Below are positions 48,649 through 60,833 of a stretch of DNA of 64,000 nt, piece by piece; the stretch's first letter is position 1; the number at the start of each line of letters is the position of its first letter. The stretch is from Fistulifera solaris. Its lineage: Eukaryota. The notes beneath the pieces are model-generated. The model had not been told where the DNA came from and did no database searches. It saw only the letters and a list, made by a program, of their open reading frames with translations. Location: positions 1,922,001 to 1,986,000 of the forward strand of contig AP026126.1 in the NCBI GenBank assembly GCA_030295235.1. Reading direction: 5' to 3'. Both the position numbers and the translations under genes were made by a program.

Positions 48649-50372
48649 TTATAGTTCAACGAGTTCCGTCCCGACATTGTACTCCAAACTTGAAGAAGGA
48701 AAGCCGCTCGAATCGGAACGAATCGATGCCGATTCCGGATCGGTTATTACGACAGGAGCAACAAGCTTTTGCTTTGCCCTCGCTCTGACAAACTTGTCGA
48801 CTCCTGCCAAGGAAGGCGGTTTGCTCGAAGAAATTTTATGCGGAAGCTGTCCTTTTCTAGCGGGATCGTTCGAAATACTCTTGATTTTAGAAGCCAAATC
48901 TCGGCGATTCTTCTGGAAGAGTGGATGATAAAAACAGTCTGTCCCTGTGCCAGAAGTTAGACGAACAAATCCCCAGCTGCCATTGTACACCAGTGAGTTG
49001 AGTGAGCAGTATACAAGCAAGCAACAAATTCTATCACCACGACTACTGACCGATGCAATTTGCGAACAAATGATGAATACTTCGTCGTATGCTTTGCCTC
49101 TTTCCCAAGTACTTGATTCATGAACTTTTCAGGCGACACAATGACGAACGATTTTCCATCGGGAAGCCAACCCACCACATCTTCGTCTCTATTTTCCTGC
49201 ATGGCGCTCATAAGTTTCTCAGGAAAGGATTTGGTTTTGGACGCCTGCGAAGTGTTGTTCGCTGGACGCCTGCTAGGTCTGTTGGGGGCTTTGTCGGACT
49301 CATCGTCTCCGCATTGCAACTCATTCGTGTCACTTAATTTTCCGATATCGGGTAAGGGACGCGAAAGTGGAGAATTGGCGTTTGACAAGAAAGGAGACTG
49401 TATCTGGGGTTGGGGTTCTGGAAAGTTCATGGCCTGTCTTTGAAACTGCTGAAGTTGTAGTTGATTCTGTTGAAGTTGCTGTTGCAATTGCTGCTGTTGC
49501 AATAGCAAGTGTTGCTGCTGTTCGAATTGAAGCTGCTGCTGTTGTTGCTGCTGTTGCAAGAAGAAGGATGGATTGTTGTTGCCGGACAAAAAAGTAGTAT
49601 TTAATTGAGCCCCGTTCAGAAGATTGGCCTCGCCTGCCAATGGCATCGTGGAGAAATTGGAATTGGTTCCGGTATTCAATGCAGAAAACATGCCGCCCAT
49701 ATTCAGACCACCTCCTCCTAGTCCTAGCGACGACGAGTTCGCAAACTGGTGCAAGGCGCTTCCACCCATCATTCCTTGAATTGCCTGCGGCAACAATTGA
49801 TGCTGATTTTGCAGCGTAGCAAAAAGATTTGTGTTGTCATCCATGATGGACTGATGAGCGAAAGGTTGCTGTTGAGGGAAGGACCCTAACATGTTCGTGT
49901 TCATTTGAGAACCGGAGTAAGTAGACTGGGGCCCTCCTAGAATAAACGCAGAATTGCTTCCTGGACCGAAAGATGATACTCCTGCGGCATTCGGGTCTTG
50001 CAATAACGATTCTAAAAGAGAGAAAGAAGAAAAAAGTGTTTGAGACTTATTTGTTGCAAACGTTCACCTCATTGCATTCAATCCATTTGGACTGAAAGCA
50101 CTACGCGTCGAAAAACGTGTTTCTACACAAACGCCTTCTTTTACAGCACAAGAACATGTAGCAATAATGAAAGCACTACGCGTCGAAAAACGTGTTTCTA
50201 CACAAACGCCTTCTTTTACAGCACAAGAACATGTAGCAATAACGAAGTGCAATGACAAGAAAGTCAACAGCAACTTACGATCGTAACGTATCCCATTATG
50301 CTGATGCAGAAGATCATTATTGTTGACGTTATTCACGCCATCATCTTGCAACGAGAAGCTAGGAAATGCCAT
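48649..50372 (-). CDS. HSF-type transcription factor with long Q-rich N-terminus and C-terminal DNA-binding domain
   Basis: SFPEKLM..VVGWLPDGKSFVIV..KYSSFVRKLHR|WGFVRL..FYHPLFQK. Exon 1 is inferred as MAFPSFSLQ..RYD, with an intron at 50012-50278. Confidence 0.85.
50093..50242. repeat. Perfect 75-bp tandem duplication inside an intron
   Basis: TGAAAGCACTACGCGTCG...CATGTAGCAATAA occurs at 50093-50167 and again at 50168-50242. Confidence 0.95.
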
Positions 50373-51055
50373 AGTGTTTGGTGTGAATTTGTGAAGACGG
50401 AGATGATGATGCGAAACACAGCACCCGCAAATAAAGTTACACAATACTTTGTATTGTTAAATCGATAACACAACAACACAAGCAAGAAGCGCAACGGGCA
50501 AACGGCTGTCGCTGAATTTTGTCTTATACCATGTCTTTCATGTTGTCAACCGTTAGCCGGACAACCGTGTCAGTCTATTGCACGTCTTTCCTCACGTAGA
50601 ATTTCTACGATGAAACGATTCACTCGCTCAGCCAGTATTGACTGGACCTTTGGCGCCAACAATAGAACAAGAAGTACAAAAGATCTATGTCACAAGGTTC
50701 TTTTGGAGAATGGCGCAGTTGGCGTGACCACTATCCGATAGTAGAGTCAAGTTATTGTTAGTTACCAGTTACCACTGAATATACCGCCAACCCTAAGCAA
50801 GTAAGCCGCCTTCCATTGATAATTCTCGTTCTCTGAACCATTCCGACGTAAGGACAGATCCATTCTTCTCCTCCTTTTCTGCGGCCGCAAGTTGAAGGTC
50901 AAAAGATCGGGAAGGATTTGCTATGAAAAAAGAAGTAGAAAAGCAAAGATCTCTTTCTCCTATGCCAGACCAGCCGCTTCATTGCCTCGACACGTCCTTC
51001 ACATTCAACTCAGAATTTGATAGCATAAAACAACACAACCGTATCCAATTTCACC

Positions 51056-51547
51056 ATGAAGACCGCTGTGATTGCCTCCCTTGTTGCCTCGGCTGCTGCC
51101 TTTGCTCCTGCCCAGCAAAGTGCTCGCAGTTCATCTCTCAGTGCTGCGTTCGAGAACGAGCTCGGTGCTCAAGCTCCTCTTGGCTTCTTCGATCCCCTTG
51201 GCCTTGTTGCCGATGGTGATCAAGACAAATTCGACCGTCTTCGATACGTCGAATTGAAGCACGGCCGTATCTGCATGTTGGGTGTCGCCGGATACCTTGC
51301 CACGGAAGCCGGATGGCGTCTACCGGGTGCCATCTCCCTGGATGGCAAGCAGTTCTCCGACATTCCTTCCGGATGGGCGGGAACCTTCGAGGTCCCTGTT
51401 GCTGGTGCCCTCCAGATCCTTGCCTTTGTTGGTTTCTTGGAAGTTGCCGTCATGAAGGATATCACTGGCGGAGAATTCGTGGGTGATTTCCGAAACAACT
51501 TCATCGATTTCGGCTGGGATACGTTCTCCCCCGAGACCAAGATGGAG

Positions 51548-51579
<32 letters not shown>

Positions 51580-51649
51580 TGCCATGATGGGATTGTTGGC
51601 TCTTTGGGTGCACGAGGAGCTCGGTGTCTCGCTCATCCCCAGTGTTTAA
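51056..51649 (+). CDS. Lhcf: Fucoxanthin-chlorophyll a/c binding protein (Lhcf clade)
   Basis: MKTAVIASLVASAAA-FAP presequence, GAQAPLGFFDPLGL, RYVELKHGRICML and RAIELNNGRAAMMG; strong codon bias. Confidence 0.97.
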
Positions 51650-52260
51650 GTGCATTCGGAAAGGTATAGAGCGCAGCCATTTGTAATTATTAATTTTTAA
51701 TAGAACGCTAGTTGTGCTCCCTAGGCTTCATTGATTGCAAACGATTTAATATCGACTACTCTTGTAAAGTGAATGGTTTTAATATGGAGCCTCATCGCAA
51801 AAGACGAAAACTGTACATATGCATAGCATGAGACACCATATCGGAGGAACTTTTTTCTCCACTTTGTTTCGACACATTCGAATAAGACATCAGAGGTCAC
51901 ACATTAGTTTTTGATGTTGATATCGCTACGGTAGCGCTCTTGATTCTTGATGTCGATGCTGTTGACAAGGAAAGGACAGCCGAGATATCTCCGACTCAAA
52001 TAATTTCAGTCCCGGAAGTAGTGTTGCTAGGCGACATTTATGTTGATAGTTACTCAATCATCATCGACGCTGTTTATTGTTCATCATGTTTGTTCGTTTG
52101 ATTATAAGATATAATAAATAGCCAACAGAACACAAATACCCTCAACATAGTCACGCCTTCCGCCGATCGAGTTAGGCGAGATCACAACTCACAATCAGAG
52201 CGACGAAGGACGATAAAAGGCTGCATTAATTTATTCTTTGTGAATGTATCCTGATTCATC

Positions 52261-53473
52261 ATGTCGATAATTCGACGACGTCCATATGTTATTTTGACAT
52301 TTTTTCTGTATTTTTATACTTCATATTCCAATGGATTGGTTCCGTCTTCAAAACGATGGCAAATGTCTGCAAATCGCAGCATTCATTTTCATCGTTGCAA
52401 TCCCAATTCTCGGCCGATCAAGAAAAGGCAAATGAACGACGCAACGCCGTGCTAGTCCTCTTCACCGTTCCCGTCGCATGGGGCTCGTTTGAGCCAGCCA
52501 CACGTTTTTTGTACGCTACGGATCCGGAATTACCGAGTCTGCTCTTTTCCGTGGCCTATTATTTCGTGGCAGCTGTCACGTTATTTTCCTTTACAGTATT
52601 GCCACAGACGTCGTATGATACAGACGACAAGACAATGCCATGGCCCGTGTGGGGAGGTCTGGAATTGGGATTGTATCTATTTATTGGAAATTTATTGCAG
52701 GTACTAGGTCTCCGGACAGTGCCCTCGGATCGTGCCGCTTTCTTATTGCAATTAACGACTGTGATTGTACCTTTGCTGGAAGCTTTTCGATCAAAACAAG
52801 TGTCGTCGCGTACATGGTGCGCTTGTCTCATAGCACTTTTGGGTGTGGGTGTCATGGGACTCGACAACAATGACAGCGCATCTCTAGCTTCTCCTGTGTT
52901 GCTGCTTTCCAATGGAGATCTCATGATCGGAGCGGCCGCAGTGGCGTATAGCTTTCATTGCATACGCTTGGAGAAATATGCGCAAACGACTTCTGCAATT
53001 CAGCTGGCGGCCAGCAAAGCTGTGACAGAAACCATCTGTTCCATCCTGGCGATTCTCGCCGTGTTATGGTATGCTTCTTCAAAAGCACATCTTTCGGAGA
53101 AAGTGATGCTGGTTTAGGGCTATTATCGTCTTTTGCTTTGGATTCAGGAAACGAAATAACAAACTATTTGTCAAGTCATTCATCGATGATGACCAACCAC
53201 ATGGACCTTGGGGTGATTGCCGCAATCTGTTGGACGGGATGGGTGACCGTCGCTTACACCATTTATGCACAAAGCTATGGTCAGAGTCGTGTACAACCCA
53301 CGACAGCCAATCTCATTTACACCATTCAACCAATCTGTACAGCTCTGATTGCGTGGTTCCTTTTGGGAGAAAGTTTGGGTCCTTTGGGTTGGTTGGGCGG
53401 TTCTTTGATTGGGTTAGCGGTCCTTCTAGTGGCGTTCCCATCCGACGCGGCGAGTACGAATGCTGACAAATAG
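52261..53473 (+). CDS. EamA/DMT-family transporter with probable bipartite presequence (frameshifted in assembly)
   Basis: GGLELGLYLFIGNLLQVLGL..RAAFLLQLTTVIVP, GDLMIGAAA and YGQSRV..TANLIYTIQP..AWFLLGE; hydrophobic signal ending SNG-LVP. Confidence 0.88.
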
Positions 53474-53966
53474 CAATCATTTGAATCGTCAAGTTCGACC
53501 TCTCAGCATCAAGATCTTATCAAACTGATCCGCTTTGTAAAATGCAATCCTTAGCACAGGTATGTATTCGGCGGAGCCCTCATGGTTTTTGGTAGCCTGA
53601 TTACTAGTCTCTCGCTGTCTACGCTGTTATGCTTTAAGTAAAAAGAATGCCCGTATATTGGTGTAACACCCTTTACGATGCAATATTCGACTCTTCATCG
53701 TCGAAAATTCTGGCGGGGTTGTGCAGTTTGAAAAGCTTAGCTAGTCTAATGAAGCATCAAGAAATACTACCATTAGAGAACCAAATTACGGATACTGATC
53801 CGTGGTAAATATCGTACCTGACTGGATTTTAGTCACGCGTGAGACCACTTTTTTCTCGCATTTTTCTCCTCCACTGATTTTCGATAATTCGAAACAAATA
53901 AGAAAATAGTCACAAGAACAACAGCACCTTTTTACGAAATCGGTAAATCAACTTACACAATCAACC

Positions 53967-55209
53967 ATGACAGAGGAAAAGACTAATAAAACAATTAACT
54001 TTCGGATGTTCTCAGCAGCGGCGTTAGCCAAGGACGACGCAGCAGAGTTGAGGTGTATTGTCGTTCCACCTTCTTACGGAAGTCAGCAGTACTGGGAAGA
54101 GCGTTATTCTCGGGATACGGCTGATTCCGAAGACGATCCTGCGCCGTTTCACTCATGGTATTTCAGTTATGAAGAGATGCGTCCTCTGTTACTACCTCTG
54201 ATTCTGGGGACGGAAGAAGCCGATGCGTTGTTGTTGGAATCGTCTGACCCTGACAAATCGGGCAATACATTCACTACACAAGAGCAACAAGGAGAAGCAA
54301 AGCCTACGACCTTATTAAATGAACAAAGAGAAAATAAAACTTATTCAGAAACAGAAGTTAATGATGAAGAGGAAGGAAAAACTCTGACATCGAGCGTAAG
54401 CGAAGACATCAAAGAGGAAGGCGTCGAGGACGAGGAAATTCAGTCAGATGACGAGGGAGTGCAACAAGATGATGACGAAGAATCAGAAACATATTCTGAA
54501 GAGGAGGATGAATTCGAAGAAGCATCCAGTGAGGAGGAAGATGGCACAGATGATGAAGTCGAAGTCACGCGTGCTCCGTTGTCGAATGACCCAATTTCGA
54601 TTCTGGAGGTTGGTTGCGGGGATGTTCCAATGGGTGCTGGCTTAGTGACGGATCTGCCATCCGAACGCTTCGCTCGTGTGGTTTGCATCGACTACAGTGC
54701 CAGTGTCATTCAAAAAATGGAAGAGAAATATACTAAAGATTTAGAACCCGAAACCAAGAAAATAAAGACTACAGACAACGTGCATGAGCCGTCAAAGAAA
54801 GAAACTACACCTTTAGAGTTCAAGAAAGTGGATGCTCGAAACACGCCCTTTTCCGATGAATCTTTTCACCTAGTTTTAGAAAAGGGGACTTTTGGATGCC
54901 ATGTTATCGGATCGTGAAGCGGGCTCTGCCAACTGCCAGAAGATCATACGAGAAAGCGCCCGAGTACTCAAGACGGGTGGTATCATTGTCTTGGTATCCC
55001 ATTTGAATGCTTTTGATACATCGGGTATTGATTGGATGGAAGATGTGGTATTTGGAGGCCTGCGGTCTTTCGAGACAAGCAGTTGGGCCATTGAAGTGCA
55101 CGGCAATGACGGCGGTGACGCACAACCCGGTCCAGCTGTTTATGTGATTCACAAGAAACCGAAGGATGCAAAGTCTTCCAAAATACCAGTTCAATTCTTC
55201 TCCTATTAA
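53967..55209 (+). CDS. Class I SAM-dependent methyltransferase (METTL13/EEF1AKMT4-like) with long acidic insert
   Basis: YGSQQYWEERY..FHSWY, motif I ILEVGCG, CIDYSASVI, LVLEKGT(L)DAML and RVLKTGG; 1-nt slip near 54891. Confidence 0.88.
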
Positions 55210-55806
55210 GTACTGTAACTGGGATGTTCAGGCTATGTTATTTGCTTGAAGTGACGACAGTGGATTAGACACACCTGGTTTCAGTGATGTTGAAGCCAAA
55301 ATGATACAGCGAGGATGTGCGATTTGTCATATAAGCTCGACTCGATAAAGGCTTTGACAAAGAAAGGCAGAACATATTTGTAACAGTTCAACTAGCACTG
55401 ATTAAATTTTTCATAAATTCAAGTGACTAGTCGCTGGCAAGTAGATTTGCATTTTTCAAGTCTTTGTTGAGACAATCATCATTAGAATCCAGGTGGATTC
55501 GCCCAGTAAACAATCGATAATGTTTGGAAAATCCATATAGCGACTTGCTATTCAAAATTTAAGAGCAATATCGCTAAATCATCGCACGCACAATGCGTTC
55601 GCATGAATCTTAAGCGTATCGTAAATACAGCCGAAGTAGATTGCAATTAAATGCGCTTGCTCACTCGCTCTTGATTGTTTGCCAGCATCTCTCCACCTCA
55701 ACTGAAATATTGAATAAATCCTCATCTAGTGGCTATTCAATACATGTTTTACAACTGGTGTGACATCAAGATACTGCTTACGACAATGCATCATGAGTTT
55801 CCTTCA

Positions 55807-56986
55807 TCATGGCCAGTCATCGATGGCCAACAACCGCCGTTGCAATTCCGTCAATTTATCTTCCAATAGTATGGACGAATTCGTCTTCTTGACTTCGCCC
55901 GCATTTGTCTTTGACTGATTCATCCAGAGTCCACCCGAAGACGGCGGATTTCGGCCTTGTCGCATGTGTTCCAACTGCTGTCGCGCATATTGTCGATTGA
56001 TCGCAACGTTGGGCAAAAAGAGGTATACACAACAACGCGCGGTTTCGTTCCGTTATGACGATACGCATTCGCGTGCGGGATGCGATTGTCCCAAAAGACG
56101 GCACTTCCCGCCGTCACGGGGATATGCTGGACGCGCTGGAGAACGGCGGTATCTTCACGGGGTCGTATGTGCGTGTATTCTCCGACACAGGGTGCCGGAA
56201 GTGCTACCGTCTCACCTCCTTTTTTGGTCACGAGCGTCGGTGGTCGATTGGCAGCCCAAGTCGCGAATTCGCGATGAAAACCGGGGGCTGCTTCAAATCC
56301 ACCTGTGTTTGGTTCCATATTGTCCGTCAATGAAACAAAACACTGAATAGGTCTCCATTTGGAGTTCATTGGAAACGGGTTTTCGGGGCAACAATCCAAA
56401 TGCGGGGTGAGACTCCGTTGAATGGGATTGTTTTTGTTCTTTTTTGAGATTGTCCCAAGTCGCTCAGCCAGTTGTGTCGGTATCCGATATCCCACACGGT
56501 CTATGTAGGCGTATCCTTGCGTCGGATTGAATGCACCGTAGGGATGCCATTTAAATTGTTCTGTATGAAGTTGTTCGTTCGCCTCCCCTTGATAACAATA
56601 AGCTGCTTTCCATAGCTGTGCTGTCAAGTGAAAGAGTTTCGGGTTTGTGCTTATTTTGAATTTCCATTCAGCGTAAAATAGGTCAAGTACACCGCCACTT
56701 CCGCCGGTTGAACTGAGTTGTTGCAAGTGCCCTCCCGTCTCTTCCAACCGTTGTACATCCACTCCATGAGACGCCAGTGTCTCGTGAAGACCGCTCAGCG
56801 CCTCGGTAACTTCCTCTTGTGACAACACGTTAGGGACGACCAGGACTCCTGAGAAAGAAATAGAATAAGAATGTGCTTTTAACCCTTTACTTACTCTCTT
56901 CAGCACTCGTTCAACGTACCTTGATTCAGAAAGGTTGCAATCTGTTCTTCCGAGAGCTCTTCGAACGAATCATCATCATCGGTCAT
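55807..56986 (-). CDS. Fe(II)/2-oxoglutarate dioxygenase (PhyH/DUF1479-like), 2 exons
   Basis: LSEEQIATFLNQG|VLVVPNVL, HxD in TPHLDC, IQCFVSL..GGFEAAPGFH, AVFWDNRIPHAN and PRVVVY; frameshift near 56015. Confidence 0.85.
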
Positions 56987-57168
56987 ATCTCATGTCGTTC
57001 GCACTATATATGTTTAATTCATTTCAAGGGAGAACTTTTTCTGCGACAAATTATTTTCATTGATATAAGAAGGCAATAATGGTTGTTGCTCTCTTTTATT
57101 CATTTTTCGAGAGGTCGCCATTTTTCGAAGCTGCGTAATAGGTAATAATTGGCGCTTGTGTTTTAACG

Positions 57169-57218
57169 TTTCCAGAAAATCTGGAGCTTAACTCTCTTCG
57201 CAATACCAGAAAATCTGG
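57169..57218. promoter_or_regulatory. Duplicated CCAGAAAATCTGG palindrome (imperfect heat-shock-element-like) in a divergent promoter
   Basis: TTCCAGAAAATCTGGA near 57170 and CCAGAAAATCTGG near 57206, between head-to-head genes. Confidence 0.4.
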
Positions 57219-57357
57219 CAGTGTGGTGTCTTCACGTTGAGGGAAATTCTCTGGATGGAAAAATTGCGAAAGATCGTCGCGATCTGTCGATCTCGCGTCG
57301 TCGTCATCGGCGAATAATGCGACGAAAAAAGCATTCAGGGGCTTTCACTTCTTATAA

Positions 57358-57929
57358 ATGACTTACCCAATGATGAAGACTTCTGGTCATCTTCTGCTCT
57401 TCGTATGCTTGATCCTTTCGGCGCACTCTTTCTTGACGCCAGTGCCAGTTAATGCCCCGATAACGTCATTTTCGCTCGACCACCGCCTTCACACGACGAC
57501 AATGCCATCGCCTATCGCACACAAGCAAACACCATCAACTTCTACTAGTCTCTTCAATGCGCGCTATGACGGAACAGCCGGACGAGGTCTCGTCTTGTTC
57601 GGTTTCGTCCTGTTTCTCTGTGTATGGCTGTTTAGTATTCCTCCCGAGTTTCGTCGTGCCTATTTCTGTTCACCGGCGTGTGAAGAGAATCCCATTTACT
57701 GCAATGATTGTGTGACTCCTAAAGAGTGGGTATCGGGTATTGTGGAGTATTACCAAAATGGAGGTACGCGAATGACCGAATGGGTGATAACGTGCTGCCT
57801 TTGTCGTCCGAACAAACACCTCAATCTCATTCTTTTGCTGTCACTCATCTTTATGATCGACTAGGTGGTATTCAATTCGATTTTTCGATCGACCCGAAAA
57901 CGAAACGATTCTGGGAAGATACGCTCTAG
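57358..57929 (+). CDS. Small, probably plastid-targeted single-TM protein with a 4-Cys cluster, 2 exons (intron 57764-57864)
   Basis: Signal ending AHS-FLTP, S/T-rich transit peptide, TM helix, then FSIPPEFRRAYFCSPAC..CNDCVT..YYQNG|GGIQFDFSIDP. Confidence 0.75.
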
Positions 57930-58903
57930 TCACATTGCAGGGAGCCATTCCCTTTTTTAAGTAACGACTTTTGTTATTGGACATGAAGAACGAATTCACA
58001 TTTTCAGACTCGCCCTTCGGGAAACTAGATTAACAAATTTAACAATGATAGTTTTTTTAGAAATGCAAAAGCTTTTCTATAATCAAGTCGGTTCATGTCA
58101 TGTCTTCTACCGAAGAGGATGCCAATGCTGAAAAACAACTTTCATGATCATGATGGGCGCTTTGTGTGACTCAATACAATAGACCTACAAAATAGAAAGC
58201 CTTCTTCAATGTTGCCCACCTTGGTGGGACATAGAGCACGAACTAGAATATATCCGGAGTAAGGTGGACTAGGAAGATCGTTTGATTCTAGCCAAGACTG
58301 TTATCCGAAACGGTATACTACTCGGTCTATATTGTTTCTCGCTACCCCACGGTTATACCCTGAATGCTGCTTTTAATGATCTAGCGGTATATTTACAATT
58401 AGTATTCATAAAGCTTAGTCTATTTGACGTCGAAATCGTTCGGCATGGCTCGCATCTCACGTGTAGGCGACCGTTCTGCAAGACTGAATTTTAGTCATGA
58501 GCCAAAACAGTTCGTTGCTCGTTCTTGTTTTCTCACATCTCCTGGATGATTTGTTTCCCCCGCAAACAAATGTTCTTCATTCAAGGCTGCTTGATCACAC
58601 GTAAAATTTAGTTTTGCATGGAACAGATCGATCTTTAAAATCGAATAGTGTTTTGGGACTAGTCACTTCGAAAGAGTGTCGATCAAACTGTAGGCACAAC
58701 TTTACCAAGACTGAGTTTCAGTCATGAGCCGAAACTGGTTCTTGTGTTTGTCTCTTTCCCGCCACGGTAAATTTCGCTTCTCTAGTAAGCAATTACCAGG
58801 TACTTGATAGTTAGCTATCAGCCACTTTCAAATTCATACCAGGTAGATCGACCTATTGCCGTTGAGAATCGAATTATCATTGTTTGGAAACAATGTTCCC
58901 TGT

Positions 58904-58984
58904 GCAAGGTGCGGGAAATTGTGTACTTTCGCGTAGGCCCCCGTAGAGAAATGTACCAAGCAGAGGTGCGTTCCCGTGTCTCCC
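58904..58984 (+). repeat. Dispersed hairpin element, copy 3
   Basis: GCAAGGTGCGGGAAATTGTGTAC...GTACCAAGCAGAGGTGCGTTCCCGTGTCTCCC matches 30684-30764 (reverse complement) and 36348-36414. Confidence 0.9.
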
Positions 58985-59192
58985 TGTAGACCATTCTCGG
59001 AACGATAAACTTCACTGTGACTCAAACACGGTTTGCTGCGGACATGCTCACGTTCTTCGCGGTCATGGGGAACATGACACTCTCTATGTTACAAGTTTAG
59101 TCATCATTCATCATACATCCAATCCCAACATATTGCTTAGGACTAAACCATTATCCAATTATATGTTCCCGTGGGAAAGATAGAGGCAACTA

Positions 59193-60833
59193 ATGTCCTC
59201 TTGTGGAATTACGAGATTTGCAATCGTAGTGCTTTTGATCATCTATCATGCCTTGCAATGGCAGACATTCGCACGCGATGACAATCTATCTCGACATCGA
59301 ACAACCTTTTCAAAAGAATCGCATCCATCTCGAAATGATATCTGTACTTTACTCCCGGCGAATGTGTCTGCTAGTTTCGTATGGAATCAACAACGTGCTT
59401 ATAGAAGAAACCAAGATGGAACAGTTCTAAATGCTCTGAATGCATATCGGCTTCTTCGCGGTGTTCGACAGGTGCCCTCACAAAATAGTTGGAGACATCT
59501 CTGGGAAGACCGCACAAGCGACAAAGATAGTTCTCTGCAAGTATGGGTCTTTGTTAACCCGTTGGATGTACAACAATCGGACGAGTGTTCTGTGGGGCAG
59601 TCTTGTCCATGGACTTGGTTGCAATTCATCAACGAGACGGCCACACAATACTGTCATTTGCTCCACATTGAGTGGACTATTTTCGATTGGTCGTTTGCGA
59701 CAACTGAACTTTATACTCAACTTCTCACGGCGCAGCGCGGAAAGGCGCACGGGCCGGACATGATCATTCACGCTCTTTCCAGACATGACTTAAAATACGC
59801 AAATATGGAAAGCAGAGATCCTCACACAGTACTATGGGAAGAAGAACGTCGTCGTGTTCTTCAGGACTTTGTGCGAGCCGGTCGTCGATCCAACCCGTGT
59901 CGGGATACTGTGATCATCTTTGTCGATGATTATGTCCCTTCGATGCAGCCATCGCTGTCTTTGTGGGTAGAACAAGTCAATAGCAGGATGCTACAACAAA
60001 TCTCGGAATATTACAAGACAGGGCTGATTTCGTATAGTCAAGTTGTCACAGAGTTGATATTTTCACAAAACGAATATCGTTTTATGCTAGTTCCGAATGA
60101 TTTTGAGCGATTCGGAGGAATTGCGCACCAGGTTCTTGCACATTGTGTCTTATACGGGTTGCTGCATTTTGCAGTAACCTATTGCAATACGAAAGATCCA
60201 ATGACGAAAAACCCTGATTGGGAACCTATGGTACCAGCTGATATTATGAAACGAGTGAAGACTGTGTTGCCTCCTTTGCTCGACGCCGAACAAACATTGC
60301 TTACCGTTTCAGGAGAATGGAGTTTACAAGAGGAATTGGAGCGACAGTTTCATGAACGACATTGTACGGTAGGAAGCAGCCATCCGCCATCTAACTGCTT
60401 GGCAGCTTTTTACGCGGGTCAGTCTCTGTCAACGTTAGGCAAGGGAGATAGCCCAGATGGTTGGATGCTGTCACCGGAAGGAGTTCTCCGTTTTCGGGGA
60501 TCGGCAAATTTAAGGTGGCCATTGGACAGTAAAGAAGAAGGAAGAACAGGACTCGAAGGAGGAACAATGACAATATTCGTACATTTCCAAGACAAAGACG
60601 ACATGCAATTCACTTGGACTGTCAGTTCACAAGATTCGTCCACAACGGGTAGTTTTTCGACGCATAATCATACATTCAATAGAGCTATAGCTGTGCCGAT
60701 GGTCGCACGACTTCCAAATCGCATTGAGAATGACTTGTCATTTCGTTTGGAATGTTCGGATCCCGAGTATATGGTCGATATTGTCGGTCTCTTTCTTTGC
60801 AAAGAGGAATATATTCATCGAATAACCAGCTAG
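59193..60833 (+). CDS. Hypothetical secretory-pathway/type II membrane protein with a degenerate SGNH-hydrolase-like region
   Basis: Uninterrupted 546-aa ORF with an N-terminal hydrophobic anchor; PDMIIHALSRHD, VIIFVDD and FGGIAHQVLA resemble SGNH blocks, but no GDS nucleophile motif is visible. Confidence 0.65.
   Translation: MSSCGITRFAIVVLLIIYHALQWQTFARDDNLSRHRTTFSKESHPSRNDICTLLPANVSASFVWNQQRAYRRNQDGTVLNALNAYRLLRGVRQVPSQNSWRHLWEDRTSDKDSSLQVWVFVNPLDVQQSDECSVGQSCPWTWLQFINETATQYCHLLHIEWTIFDWSFATTELYTQLLTAQRGKAHGPDMIIHALSRHDLKYANMESRDPHTVLWEEERRRVLQDFVRAGRRSNPCRDTVIIFVDDYVPSMQPSLSLWVEQVNSRMLQQISEYYKTGLISYSQVVTELIFSQNEYRFMLVPNDFERFGGIAHQVLAHCVLYGLLHFAVTYCNTKDPMTKNPDWEPMVPADIMKRVKTVLPPLLDAEQTLLTVSGEWSLQEELERQFHERHCTVGSSHPPSNCLAAFYAGQSLSTLGKGDSPDGWMLSPEGVLRFRGSANLRWPLDSKEEGRTGLEGGTMTIFVHFQDKDDMQFTWTVSSQDSSTTGSFSTHNHTFNRAIAVPMVARLPNRIENDLSFRLECSDPEYMVDIVGLFLCKEEYIHRITS

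Noticed and set aside
50705..50770. tRNA-like A-box (TGGCGCAGTTGG)
   Set aside because: No T-loop/B-box (GTTCRA) and no cloverleaf pairing.
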